This document shows, in pieces, positions 41,404-53,292 of a stretch of DNA of 64,000 nt (position 1 is the stretch's first letter; every line of letters begins with the position of its first letter). Source of the DNA: Tubiluchus corallicola (taxonomy: Eukaryota > Animalia > Priapulida); NCBI GenBank assembly GCA_030141605.1, contig JAQGDQ010000108.1:248001-312000 (forward strand), read 5' to 3'. The position numbers were made by a program, and so were the translations under genes. Below the pieces are notes generated by a model. The model made no database searches. It saw nothing but the letters and a program-made list of their open reading frames with translations, and had not been told where the DNA came from.

Positions 41404-43034
41404 CCACTTACCAACACTTTTGGTGACATAAGTTAATTAATAAATTATATAATTAGCAACAACTCAGCTATTGTTGTAACCGCACTTTATTAATAATAAC
41501 TCGTGTTACGAAACTCTGAAAGGCCTCAGGACAAGTTCAGAATAATGGACATTTAACAGAGCAACGACATAAAAACTCAAGTCGAAATTTACAAGTTCTC
41601 AAACTTAATTAAATGGTCCTAGACAAAATTTCTATTTCGATCATCTAATCTAGCGATATAGTTCTAGGTAGAAAATAGAAAGCTGTCAGAAAGCATGGTA
41701 GACGAATCACTCCAAGAAACGTATATTTTGTGGCCAAAAATTGCAAATGCTCAAAAAAGTTGCTTATCCGTATTTTTTGTTTCAGTTGAATGTGGCTTTG
41801 TTTATGAAAAACAACAGCAATTGTACATTGTATATTTTAACAAAATTAGCCCTGCCAGCGTGCAAATGGCACTGGTGTTACTTGTCCACACTCTTAGTTA
41901 CCAAAAGATTGCCAACTTTTTTTTAAATTAAAAGACACTTTCATGTTGTTGCTATCTGAAGCTTAACAAGATAAAGTAAAGGTATGGCACATCGAGTAAT
42001 GACTGTATTGAATGTAACAAAGATGTGTTTCAATTAATTTCTGCATGTCACGTGTCAGTGGTGTTACTTTTCTGTCAGTGGTGTTACTCTGGATTTTTTG
42101 CCCCATAGAAAGCCTCGAGCGAAAAATTGTTTTTATTTTGTATGACATGACGTTAGCACAATTTGTTGCAGACGCAAGAGGGAACAACAGAAAGCAGACG
42201 TTTTCTTAGAGGCATATACAATTGAAAAGTGCGTTGTGCGGTGTATTTTTAATTAATATCAATGTTGTTACACAATGCGCATTATTCTAGTTTGCTGTGG
42301 AATTGTTTTTTAGTCTGCCACTAACAAATTTACAAGTTAGCTTTGTGAAAACTTTGTATAAAGGGAGAACTAAAAAGCATTTCGTTACCCAACCCAAATA
42401 ACCAGGTAAATTAATGTGAAAATGTTAGCGTGCAGACAACTGAAAGTGAAACTACCGGAATGCTTTCGTGACAATAATCTATATAGCGAAGAGTGGAACC
42501 GAAACCAAATCAATTTGCCTTTCTGAGCTATACAGTAGTGGGCATTTACAATTCTGAAGTCTCGGATTCATGGATCATGTAGGCCAAGCCAGTGTTTTTA
42601 ATTTGTTTCCAGTGTGCTGATTTTTATGAAATCTTAATTTCGCAATTCTTGTATGTGTTGCACCAGTTTAGTGTCGTCAACGATAGTTGCTCGTCAACGA
42701 TATCTTGAGCGATAGTTGACGGTTTGAACGCTTAGGCCCATTCACAGTGAGGACGCAAAGAAAAATGACGCACGGAATTGCTGTCAGAAAATCCGAAAAT
42801 GTTCTGAAAATTCGTTGTTCGTTAAATTAGAAAGAAGTAATTGAGCTATTAAATTTGAGACTGAATTCCACGAAGTTCGTCACGAAAACGGAACATGCAG
42901 TATTTCTACCATGCGGCAAAATTCCTCACGAGGAGGACGTATAGCTTCTAGCTGGCGGCAGAATTTTTCATGAGGAACTGCACGAGGAATTTCGCCGCAC
43001 CTCCTCACTGTGAAATGTGTCAATGTGTTCCATT

Positions 43035-44099
43035 AGGTACGCGGTAAAAGTGACACAGGTAAAAATAGCACAGGAAAAAATGGCACGGCAAAAATGGCAC
43101 AGGAAAAAATCACACAAATGGAAAACTAGGTAAAAATGACACAGAAAAAGATGGCACAAATGCAAAAGTAGGTAAAAATGGTACAAGAAATAATAGCACA
43201 TATGTTATTTTGATGCAAATAATTTCTATAATAAGGCTAAGATGCGTTCGCTAGGAAACAGATCTCCACCAAGTCGAACAATTCTAAACTCATCTGCCTG
43301 ATTCTATTGATTGAAAAAAGTAAAAACCGACAAACAAGCAAACATACAAAAATGTACCTGTGTTGGTATCATGTAGACTAGCAAAAGACTCGTAAAAATA
43401 TTTGTTCGTTAAATAGATTTATTATCAATAATTCACGTATATTCCATATAGTGTTTATCTACGTTTTTAACCATTTTTAAATTTTGGCCATAGCAATAGA
43501 CTAACAAATGTACACGTACCAAGTCACCTTATAAGGCTATACACGTTAATAAGCAAAGGTAATAGACAGCGTTACACCGTTTTACAAGCGAAAATTTCTC
43601 GAAATGGAACTGGTACTATCTTGTAGTTGTTTGTTCAGGTGGAGATAACAAAAAAGAAGTGCTAAACACTCCCTCTGAGACCTCCACGAAGTGCTCCACC
43701 AATGCCTTTTGTACTTCGTGTTCGGTCAAGTTTCGCGAAAAAAAGAACTGGCATAAAGATTCCCAATTTTGCACCCTTTACCCGCCTTTCTTCACGAAGT
43801 TTCTTGCCGAAGCCTGACAGACAAAAACAAGCAAACAAACAAACTGTGTTGAAGCATAACTTCTTTGGCAGAGGTAACAAAATCACTAAAATAATTATCC
43901 CTCTAAACACATATTTTACTAAGTGTGCCATTTCTACCTGTGCGATTTTATCTACTTTTCCACTTGGGCCATTTTTTCTGTGTGACATTTTTCCTGTGAC
44001 ATTCTTACCTCTGCCATTTTACCCACTTTTCCATTTGTGCCATTTTTTCTGCACCATTTTTCCGTGCCATTTTTTCCTGTGCCATTTTTACCTAAATTC
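43035..44099. mobile_element. Foldback-type element, copy 1 (arms of ~15-bp AAAATGGCACAG units in inverted orientation)
   Basis: Tandem aaaatggcacag-like units at 43040-43200 and ctgtgccatttt-like units at 43920-44095; ends approximate. Confidence 0.85.
43233..43877 (+). mobile_element. Helentron-associated (HINE/DINE-1-like) element, copy 1, nested in the foldback
   Basis: 5' subterminal gatctccaccaag, internal inverted copy ggtggagat at 43638, an (aaac/gaca) microsatellite, and 3' end cataacttctttggcagaggtaa. Confidence 0.7.
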
Positions 44100-44681
44100 A
44101 TTCCTTTTTCGTGAGAAATGCCGCGAGAAATTTCTCCTCAGGGCATTTTGCTGCGCGTCCTCGCTGTGAAATGGTCCTCGTTAGTATCACAGTCATCACT
44201 GTAGCAATTAAAAAGCTCCTAAGAGGCCCCGGGGTAACGATTTTAGTTTTTATTACGTAGATAAATTATAAAAACGCTAAATACTTTTTTACTCCAGCAC
44301 AATTGATCAGCCCACCTACCATCTCAGACTCTGATTAAAATTAATTATGATATTGATCAGTACAACACGTACGCTAGAGAGCCCTAAAACTGCCTTCATG
44401 TCTTAACATTTTTTGTGATTTATGAAAAAACAGCCTTATGCGACTGTCTTGAACTTAGTCATAATGTGCGTATTGCCGATTAATCATGGATGAACATAGT
44501 AATTTTTACGCACGCAAGATGATCGGTCACGAAACAGAGATTAATTAATTAGTCATCTTCATAATCTTGGTTATGCACATGATCTCGCTCCTGTGCAGCA
44601 TTTGAATTAAAAAATGAAAAGTCCTTTTGGTAACCGGTAAGGCGGCAAGCTCCATTTGAGTGCACACTATCATATTGAACT

Positions 44682-45031
44682 CAGTGGCGCAGCTAATAGG
44701 GGAGCAAGGAGAGCAACCGCTCCCCCAGCACGTTTTTCAAAATTGGCGCCTTTTCATCATTTTTTAATTCTTAGTTCACTTGTGCAATGAAGTCAAATCT
44801 TTTTAACGTTTATTTTTGAGATTTATGAGCTTACTGTAAAACTTTTTGTGTTTTAATTTCAAATACAAAACAACACTTACGTGCTACCTTTAAAACTATA
44901 TCATTCAGGTGTTTTGATTTCAAACACAAACTTAAAATATATAATCAGTGTGTTAAAATTGTTTAGTATGTGTCACACGGCGCCTTTTTATGTGCTTGTT
45001 CCCCTTAACTCTAGAACCTGGCTACGATCTG
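44682..45031. mobile_element. hAT-type MITE (350 bp)
   Basis: Ends cagtggcgcagcta / tggctacgatctg; 8-bp TSD attgaact / aatgaact (7/8 match). Confidence 0.8.
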
Positions 45032-45884
45032 AATGAACTACGAAAAAGGACGGAGAATGTAACTTAACTTACTATGGCATAACATAATAAGATCACTTTG
45101 AACACAATTCAGATGCGACGTACTAGCTCTTAAATTAAAACTGGCTAAATCTACATGCTTGCCCCACTGGAACAAACATGCCAAATGTGAAATGAAGCCT
45201 AGATAAAAAATAAGATACAGTTTGTTCTACAGTTTGTATAAGATACATAAGATACAATACACAAACTATGGTTTTTTCAAAAGTTTTGTATGTAATGTGG
45301 AACAAGATTTTTTTGCAATTTACGAATACAGAAAAACTTGCTTTTATTATGAATGTTGGCGTTTCAATTAGAAGTCTTACTCACTTTATACAAAACTCAT
45401 ACTTGAAACAACAAAAAGAAATCTACAAACAATAACTGTCTTCTTGCGTAAATTTTGCAGGAATTGCTTAATATTTTTGTAGTATACGTAGCATGCAATA
45501 TTCCGCTCAAATTTTGTCATTTGTACACAATAAAGAACTCTTTTGCATATAAGGGTAGTTATCATTAAGAGGGGGTTCTGTTGACCAGCCCTGTTAGAAG
45601 TATTTAGATACCATCCCGAAGATGACACACTGTATATGGCGTAACGGAAAGTGTGTTGGCCTTTCGCCAGAGTGATCAGAATTTTTACAGGAAACTTTAT
45701 TATGTAGATATGGGTGGGGCCGGCTTTGCGAAATCTGCAAAAGGTGAAAACTTAACAATCTTGGCTTCAGCCTAGCTAATTTGTACTTACTGAATAGCTC
45801 AAGATTTAAACTGGACGGATAACAAAATTTAATGCAAACTTAAGAAACAAATGTGTCTATTTTTGAATAATTCATTTCAATCCT

Positions 45885-46113
45885 TTTTTCATATGAAACC
45901 ACACAATTGCTAATGAATCCGATTACTAATGTGTGGTCAAAGCGAACGCTCCATCCAATAAGTTTATAAGAGAATTATTCAAATCTGTTTTTCAGTATGA
46001 AACCCCACAATTGCCTATGAACTCTGACGCATAATGTAATCCCGTTAGTACTGCTACTGTGCAGTCAACACGAACGTTCCATCAAATTAGTCTGTACGAG
46101 AATTATTCGACAT
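45885..46113. repeat. Diverged ~100-125-bp tandem duplication
   Basis: tatgaaacc.cacaattgc..atgaa...cgaacg.tccatc.aat.agt.t.ta.gagaattattc occurs twice. Confidence 0.8.
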
Positions 46114-46114
46114 G

Positions 46115-47108
46115 CAGTAAAAATGGCACAGATAAAAATGACACTTGTAAAAATGGCACAGATAAAATGGCACGGATAAAAATGGCACAGATAAAATGAC
46201 AGGGTAAGAATGGCACAGATGGCACAAATGCAAGAAGGAAAAAAATGGCACGTATGTTATTTTAATTCAATTGATTTCTATAATAAAACTAGAATGCGTT
46301 CAGTAGAAAACAGATCTCTGCCAAAGCCAAATAATCTTAAACTTATTCATCTGAGTTTTTAGATTGAAAAGACGTATAAGACTAACGTATAAACAAGCAA
46401 ACGTACAAAACTGTGGCTGTAACTGTATCATATTTTGTTCATCAACTAAAATAATAATCAATGAATTTGGTGATGTTAATAGACTGACACATATACGTAT
46501 TTACTTACCAAGTTAGTTTATAAGGCTATACAAATTAATAAGTATAGAGAAAATTCCTCGAAATAGAACCTGGAATAACCTTAGTTGTTTGTCTGGTGGA
46601 GATAATAAAAAAGAAGTACTAAACACTTCCTCTGAGACCTCCAAAAAATGTTTCACGAATGTTTTTGCAGCGTGTTCGGCAAAGTTTTGCCAAAAAGAAT
46701 GGGCGTAAAAACGACAATTTTGGCGCCTCATGGCCGTAGTTGCCACAAAGTTTCCTGAGAAATCTGTTGGGTAGTTTGTGCCTAATGGTCTTGATACTAT
46801 AACAGACAAAAAACAACCAACCAGACAAACATATAAACAAACAAATTTTGTTGAAGCATAACTAACTTGGCTGAGGTAAAATAACTGAAATAATAATCCC
46901 TACAGTAACCCTACCCTAAACTCATATTTTACTAAATGTGTAGGGCAATTTTTTCCTGTACAATTTTTCTTTATCATTTTATCTGTGCTATTTTTACCTA
47001 CTTTTCCATTTGTGCCATTTATCTTGTGCCATTTTTACTGTGCCGTTTTTACCTGTAATGTTTTTTCTATTTGCGCCATTCCTTCCTGTGCCATTTTTAC
47101 TTACAATC
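46115..47108. mobile_element. Foldback-type element, copy 2
   Basis: Same AAAATGGCACAG arms (46117-46250 and 46940-47100) and same inner flanks as copy 1. Confidence 0.85.
46287..46879 (+). mobile_element. HINE/DINE-1-like element, copy 2, nested in foldback copy 2
   Basis: aactagaatgcgttcagtagaaaacagatctctgccaaag ... ggtggagat ... gaagcataactaacttggctgaggtaa; collinear with 43233-43877. Confidence 0.7.
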
Positions 47109-47767
47109 AGTTATATCGAATATCAATTTAGAGCTAGGGTTTGGTAATTCAAAGTAGCAAAGTTGTGTTACTAGTATAGACTCTTTAAATTTTGCAAAAG
47201 AAATCAAAATTGTCCCGGCAAAGCTTCATACTCTTTCATAAAATAGAAATCTATCTCTTTCACTAATTTCTGAATAATCATTTTTCTTATTGTAAACTGA
47301 CCTCACCCGAATGAAAATTTGTATCAATAAAAAAGCTATCGTTAATTTAATCCTCGATTTAAATAAAGCGTTTAAATCAAAATGATGTTTCTTATTCAGT
47401 CCTATCGAATGATGTATAAAAAAAAACTCGCAATTAAAAAAGTTAAATTGTTATCATTATCATCATTACCACCATCATTGCCATGATCATCATCATAATA
47501 AGAATCAGCATTACCGCATCCATCGTCACAACTACAATCATAACATCATCATCAGCAGCAGCATCATTGCCACCACATTTTTCGATTGTACATATTTAAT
47601 ATCATATATATCATACTATCTCTAATATTATGGCATTGCTAGTTAAAAGCGTAATTTATATAGCCATTTTAGATGCGCACGACTCAATGGTCTTGCGTGA
47701 GAATGATCTTCCTGTGTGGCACGCTTCTCGTACGTCGCCTTGTTAACTTATAAAGCAAGAGCAGGTG

Positions 47768-47876
47768 ATGCTGCTTACTCAAGCAACAGGGAAAATGTTA
47801 TTGATGCTGATATTCACGCTGGTACTACTGATAGCAAAACAAGAAGTTCACGCACAAAAACTAAATAGTAATAAAG
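47768..47876 (+). CDS. GPR158-like: GPR158/179-like GPCR, coding exon 1 (signal peptide)
   Basis: MLLTQATGKMLLMLIFTLVLLIAKQEVHAQKLNSNK+G has a hydrophobic core and a VHA-Q cleavage-like site. Donor AG|GTAAGC, phase 1, joins exon 2 (G+AT=Asp). An upstream acceptor ttttag at 47672 suggests the exon starts at 47673. Confidence 0.75.
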
Positions 47877-48019
47877 GTAAGCGTGTCGCTTTTCTGCTTA
47901 TTTCAGTAAAAAAGTAATCGTTCTTCGTTTAAGTAATCATTCATCATCAAGTAAATAATGGGTTTTCACAACAACTCGATGACCTATACCTCTAAGTCAA
48001 TATATACGTTACACGCAAA

Positions 48020-49510
48020 GTGTGAAACAGCAAATTCTATAAAATGCCTCGCCAACTCAAACCAAGTAAAGAGTTTAAAATAGAATTTGTTCTACACTTT
48101 TCCTGAGCATTATATATAATGCAAAAGTTTTATTAGGCAAACCGTGTAAGTTTTTTGTTTCGGATATCTCCTAGGCATTTTATAAAATGCAGAATAAATT
48201 TTAGGCAATGTGAAGGTAAAATAAATGAACTATTGTTTTGATGAAAATTTTCTGGGCATTTTATATAATGCCAATTTTGTGCTAGAGCATGTGCGAAATA
48301 AGTCACGATGCTTTATGTACATGCTTGCACATTTTTGTGAGATAACTAACATTTTGAGCAAGCGTTCAGGTTACATGGTTGTGTCATTCACTGCTGCTGG
48401 CTCCTCTAAAGTGTTGTATTTTTGGATTAGGTACAAAGTATGATGATCCCTAAAGGATGGTCATGTGTTTGGTGTTGTTGTCACATTTATCTTTAAACGT
48501 TATCACAGGACACGCTTTTATTTGTAGAAAATTGAAATTTTACATGGAGATTTTTCTTGTTATGAACCAGCAGACCATGTTGCGCAGACCATACTACGGA
48601 AATGTTGCGCATATCGTAAAAAGCCTAATTTTTCACTTTCCCAATACGACCCTCAAATATGTCTGTTGAATGGATAACACCTGTTAAATGGAACTGCTTT
48701 GTAAATTCTTGCATGGTTGGGATCTCTTTCATTCAAATGTATGAATGGATCCACTTCAGCGACGCATATTCTAAACTTTTGCTAAAAACGGATCTACGGC
48801 ATAAGTAAACGCTTCCCATGATTTTCTAGCGGAAACCAATAACTGAGAAAAAAAGACGTACCAGATCCAAGGACGTTAATTTTCTCATTCTAGCTGTGTT
48901 TCATACAAAACAGATGCAAAAACACCTAACCAATCCGTGCTTAAAATTAAAGAACGATTTTACACTGAATTAGAAAAGGGAGGGCAAATAGAACAACGAA
49001 CACTGTTTTTTAAAGTGGCGAACAATACTAGCAATTAACTAATCATATAACGGTTTTTTAATTGGAAAAAGCAGCTTCAATTCCTACTATTTCTCATTAA
49101 TTCCTACTGCGCACGATGTAGAAGAGCTACTTCAGCAGAAGAGCAACGTGTGCAAGAAGGAAATGCTGCTAAAAAGTGAACTGCTTGACATACTTTGTAA
49201 TACACATATATCGACTGTGCAATCCTATGATCATTTTTATGGTCACTCAGTTATCAGAGACCAAGCAGTTTTATCGTTACGCATTGTATACAAAGATTAG
49301 GTAGTCGTAGGAAAATGTAACACGAATTATATTCAGTTTATACTTTGCCTAAACCACTTTTTACATTCTGTGTAGATCCTAGCGTTGAAGCAAAGTGTAA
49401 AAATGCCGCAGCAAAAATATTTCACACGTTTGCCAAAATACATAGGTGTTATATGAAATGCCCAGGATTTTTTTACAATGTCTAAAATTTACACATTGCC
49501 TGTAACATAT
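48020..49510. mobile_element. Decayed foldback/MITE with inverted repetitive arms, in intron 1
   Basis: ctg(a/g)gcatt.tatataatgc...ggcaaac.gtgt units at 48030-48275 are inverted relative to cacacgtttgcc...atatgaaatgcccag at 49340-49500. Confidence 0.55.
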
Positions 49511-50761
49511 ACAAAATTTTCAAATTAACAATCTGCGGAAAATAGAAAGTTGGAAAAAACATCAATGAGAGCGTAAAAAAGAACAAAAACTTCATATTTA
49601 GTCATAAATCCCTCAACACAATGCTAAAGTATCGCATTTTTAAATGCGCTTTCTAACTAAGTGGTTCTTATCGATAATTGTTACAATCCATGTTATGGTA
49701 CAGAATTAATTGTACACTGCTTGCCACGGCATAAACGAGAAGTCGTCACGTCACTACTGACTTTCTTTTACGAACTACCTCTTTCTAAACGATTGTGAGC
49801 ACTTTAACTAACCTTGTTCTAATTAGATCTTTTATTCAAATAGCAATCAAAAGCGTAAGTGGAAATGATGAGTTATTAACATTTAAAAATTTATAATTTT
49901 TTCTTATACAGGTTAGCTTATATTATACTTTACCCATATTTAGTTCTTCCTTGACCAGTAGCCAAAACCTTCTAAATATTTTTAAATAATTCGGCACACT
50001 GTAAGTCGGTAATCAGGACTCAACATGACGTTATTGGAATTTGGCAAAGACCTTTAAAACAAGACAGTTAACTTTATAAGTGCATTAACATCCTCTCTCG
50101 GCGAGGTAAACATCCAGAAGTATGGCGAACGAAACTGCCCTGAATCACTAGGTGGCCTCAAACTGTTCACTGATCAGCCTCCGTATTTGCTCAACTTCAA
50201 ATAAGAAACTAAAGGTGTGACGGCATCCTCGTCTAGCTTCACTTCAAGGCATATTACTTTATTAGCTGTCCTGACAACTTATAATCAAATCGCTTCGCTA
50301 CAGATACATTGAAAATATAGTTGTGCATTACATTGTGCATGGTAAATAGTGCATGTAAACAGCTCCTGGATCTGAAACAAACTGACGCCAGTTTTGATTT
50401 TATGCAACACTAAAAGTTATCCACATCGATTTTTAATTTTCCTTAAACCGCCATAACCTTGACAAACTGAGACAATACGTCTTCTTCTTTTTGCCGCTAA
50501 ATTCGCTTAAACTATATTTGTTGTAATCGACTGACATTTATTAATAGCATAAGTTAATAAAGCTTTCCTAATTGACATCCATAATGCCAAATTTAGGTAC
50601 TAGCTGATGGGTGTTTCTGCGTCATGTGCTCTAGTTTGTCGATTAGGCCTATATGTACATTGTATTGCATTTTAGTGCTCATTTTGTAATTGTCCGCTGT
50701 CAGTATTCACATGAAAAACTGCGATATTAAAGAAAAGGCCAAGCCTTCTGACAGGCTAGGC

Positions 50762-51270
50762 TTATTTCAAATGTTCGTGAAAAATGTTAGAAGGATTTAG
50801 TATTAAAACTGCAATGAGCCAATCGTATAACTGATAAAATCACTTTAAAGTCGCGAACACGTCATGCTTGGGCGCTCCCGACTTTTAATGTCCATTCCTT
50901 TTCCAATGGCGTCATTCGCCTTGAAGAAAAATAGCGCACTGTCAATCTTCATCAAAAGTATAATAAGTTTTTACAAAAAACACTTGGTAGCCAATTTTGT
51001 AATATTTTGCTTGAACATTAGGTAAGCTGCAGAAGTTTAAATTAGTTTAAACAGCGCGGGCTTATGGATTGCCGGGACGCGCTTACCAAAAGACACGAAG
51101 TCTCCCAGTGACGTCATGATTTTCAAGTAAATGGCCGCAACCGGCACGCTTGAAAATTTCTATTCAGAGGTAGTACATTATAAATTTAACCTCAGTTCTT
51201 TGCAAATATCTTCGTTTTTATTTTTCTAAGTTTAAGTGATAACAGTAAAATAAGCCTAACATACTGAGTT
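50762..51270 (+). repeat. Interspersed repeat, copy 2 (homologous to 39571-40042)
   Basis: Same collinear blocks as copy 1. Confidence 0.8.
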
Positions 51271-51939
51271 ACTTGTTCTGTCCTGTAAAGAGAAGAAATC
51301 GTAAGTGCTGAAGTCTGTGGTCACATGCACTACAGGATGGACACAAGAAAATAAGCCATAGACCCGAGAATGATAAATCCAATTTGTATGTTCAATATGG
51401 CAAACTAGAAACAGTTTAGCACTTACCCACTAATGTTTGTTAAATCAGAAAATTAAAGTCATATACATGTACTTAATCTGATACCACCATCAAGACAATA
51501 TAATGAAAAAAAACGTTATATTGATGTGATTGTGTTGCCAATAAAGGTATTGATCTACTCAGGCCTCGATTAGGAAAAGTAATTGAAGTGTCAGGAAAAA
51601 ATTGAGCAGTTTGAACAATTGGACAAATGAATATGTAGGTCCAGGTAAAATCAAAACTTAAAGGGTGAATTATATTTTTGGATTCTTTGAAAAAATTAAG
51701 CTGTTTTATTTAAATCGTGCTTGAAATCTGCAAAATTCTGCATTTTTTTAATTTCAAACTTGATATTATTCATAATACATGAGTCTATTTTAATAACAAA
51801 GAGTTTTTCCTAATGCACAGCGAAATAAATTTTTAATGAATTTTTAAAAGGGCTTATTTTTTTGGTCACTCGTTATATATCTCGCCAAACTATGAGAATT
51901 TCTTTTTAAGTCATTAGCAAGAGGAGAACTTATGCATTT

Positions 51940-52323
51940 CCAGACATTTTGTGGCCTCTAGGGCGATGAAATTATGGGGCCCCTCTGATGGAACCACCCT
52001 CTAACTTGCCCGCAGGTATCTTGAATATTTTTTACTCGTAATATATTATAGTGACATTTACATAGCTTGAAGTAAACTTATTGCAGATTCTTTAAATAAA
52101 CTAGAATAACTATATTTTGTTTGTCAATGAAAATAGAATAAAAGATAGAATAGCTATCTAGTTTATTTAAAACGGGTTATAATATTAAATATTAAAATAT
52201 TATACCCATTTTTAAAAAAAAAATTATATATGAATATCTTTTAGCAGCGCTTCTCAAGATTGAGGGCCCCAAACTTGAAGGGCCCTTACAGCCTATATTA
52301 GCCTATAGACTAATCCGGCCCTG
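51940..52323. mobile_element. hAT-type MITE relic
   Basis: Typical right end taatccggccctg and GGGCCC subterminal motifs at both sides; left TIR eroded and no TSD seen. Confidence 0.5.
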
Positions 52324-52844
52324 TCTAATTCTTATTTTCTTTTATCTTGATTAATTTCAGCGGAGCAGTGCAGGTGTCCGTTAATGGCCTTCTGTTTCTA
52401 TAGGTCGTACTATTGTATACCGGTCAAAAGGGAATAATAAGAAAACTGATTGAATAGGAAAACTGTTTGTGGGTAATTCATAAATAGTTAATGATAAAAT
52501 ATGTTTAAGGAAATAAGAATTATATAAAGACAGCCATGGCACGGTTTTTGTTTGGCGAGTCTTCAAAAACTAGCGTGCGAAAATTGTTGCTAATTTTTTG
52601 TCTCGTATCGTGCGCTGAAAACATTTTGTCCACATATCGTTGATCATATTTTCAATGCTTTCAATCTTCTTTAAAGACTGCAAACAGTAGGCAGCTCCAA
52701 GCAGAGGGCATATCAACGATGAACGAGTTAATTACTCCAGCTTACTTCCCGATAATTAATTAATTAAGGTAGTTTATTAGTGATTGTTTTGGTGCACTAC
52801 AAGCCACAATCTAGCATTCAACTGGTTTTACTCATAGACTTATT

Positions 52845-53292
52845 TGTGGCGTAACTGGAGTCTGGCTCAGCATCAAGGACCCTTCTCGGACTTCAGGCGA
52901 CGCGAGTGACCCAGTGACTAAGTAAGGCGCCGAATCTGGTCACTGAACGGATGGGTGAACCGCTTCGATTCTCACTCTGCGCTGTTTCAATCGCCATGCT
53001 AATCCTAGCTATTTACATCGGAAAGAGGATGTATATGTACGTTGAAACATGGCTAAGCCACCTCTTTCAGTCCAGTGGCTCATCTTAGACGCATACATTG
53101 AGAGTGACTAAAGTTCCGGTCTGGCTACTGGCATCAATTTTGAGTAGATCCTGCCAATGAATGCTGGAGTCCGTCTTGTTATAAATCGCCGAAATCCACG
53201 GTAAATGCCCAAGACGTCTGTAGCTCTGGTTAACTCCATCTCCAAGGCTAAAGAGTAATAACTTCCGGAAAGGAAATATGAAGAATGTTACA
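52845..53292. mobile_element. Candidate solo LTR or structured repeat (448 bp)
   Basis: GC-richer block bounded by TGTGGCGT...ATGTTACA (imperfect TG..CA inverted ends), with internal repeats gtctggct..gcatcaa; no TSD. Confidence 0.3.

Larger units (their letters stand above)
42735..44177. mobile_element. PIF/Harbinger-like MITE interrupted by a nested composite element
   Basis: TIRs ggcccattcacagtgaggacgc / gcgtcctcgctgtgaaatggtcc; preceded by TTA, with the right TSD not preserved. Confidence 0.65.

Noticed and set aside
43040-43200. Regularly spaced short repeats resembling a CRISPR array (also 46117-46250 and 40125-40250)
   Set aside because: Units are about 15 bp or shorter and abut without unique spacers. 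They are mirrored as transposon arms, and there are no cas genes in this eukaryotic context.
43702-44169. 155-aa ORF with CHFF repeats
   Set aside because: Runs through the HINE and the foldback arm; a repeat translation with no domain.
52361-52373. Possible micro-exon tttcag|CGGAGCAGTGCAG|gt in GPCR intron 1
   Set aside because: 13 nt would shift the frame, the donor is weak, and exons 1 and 2 already join in frame.
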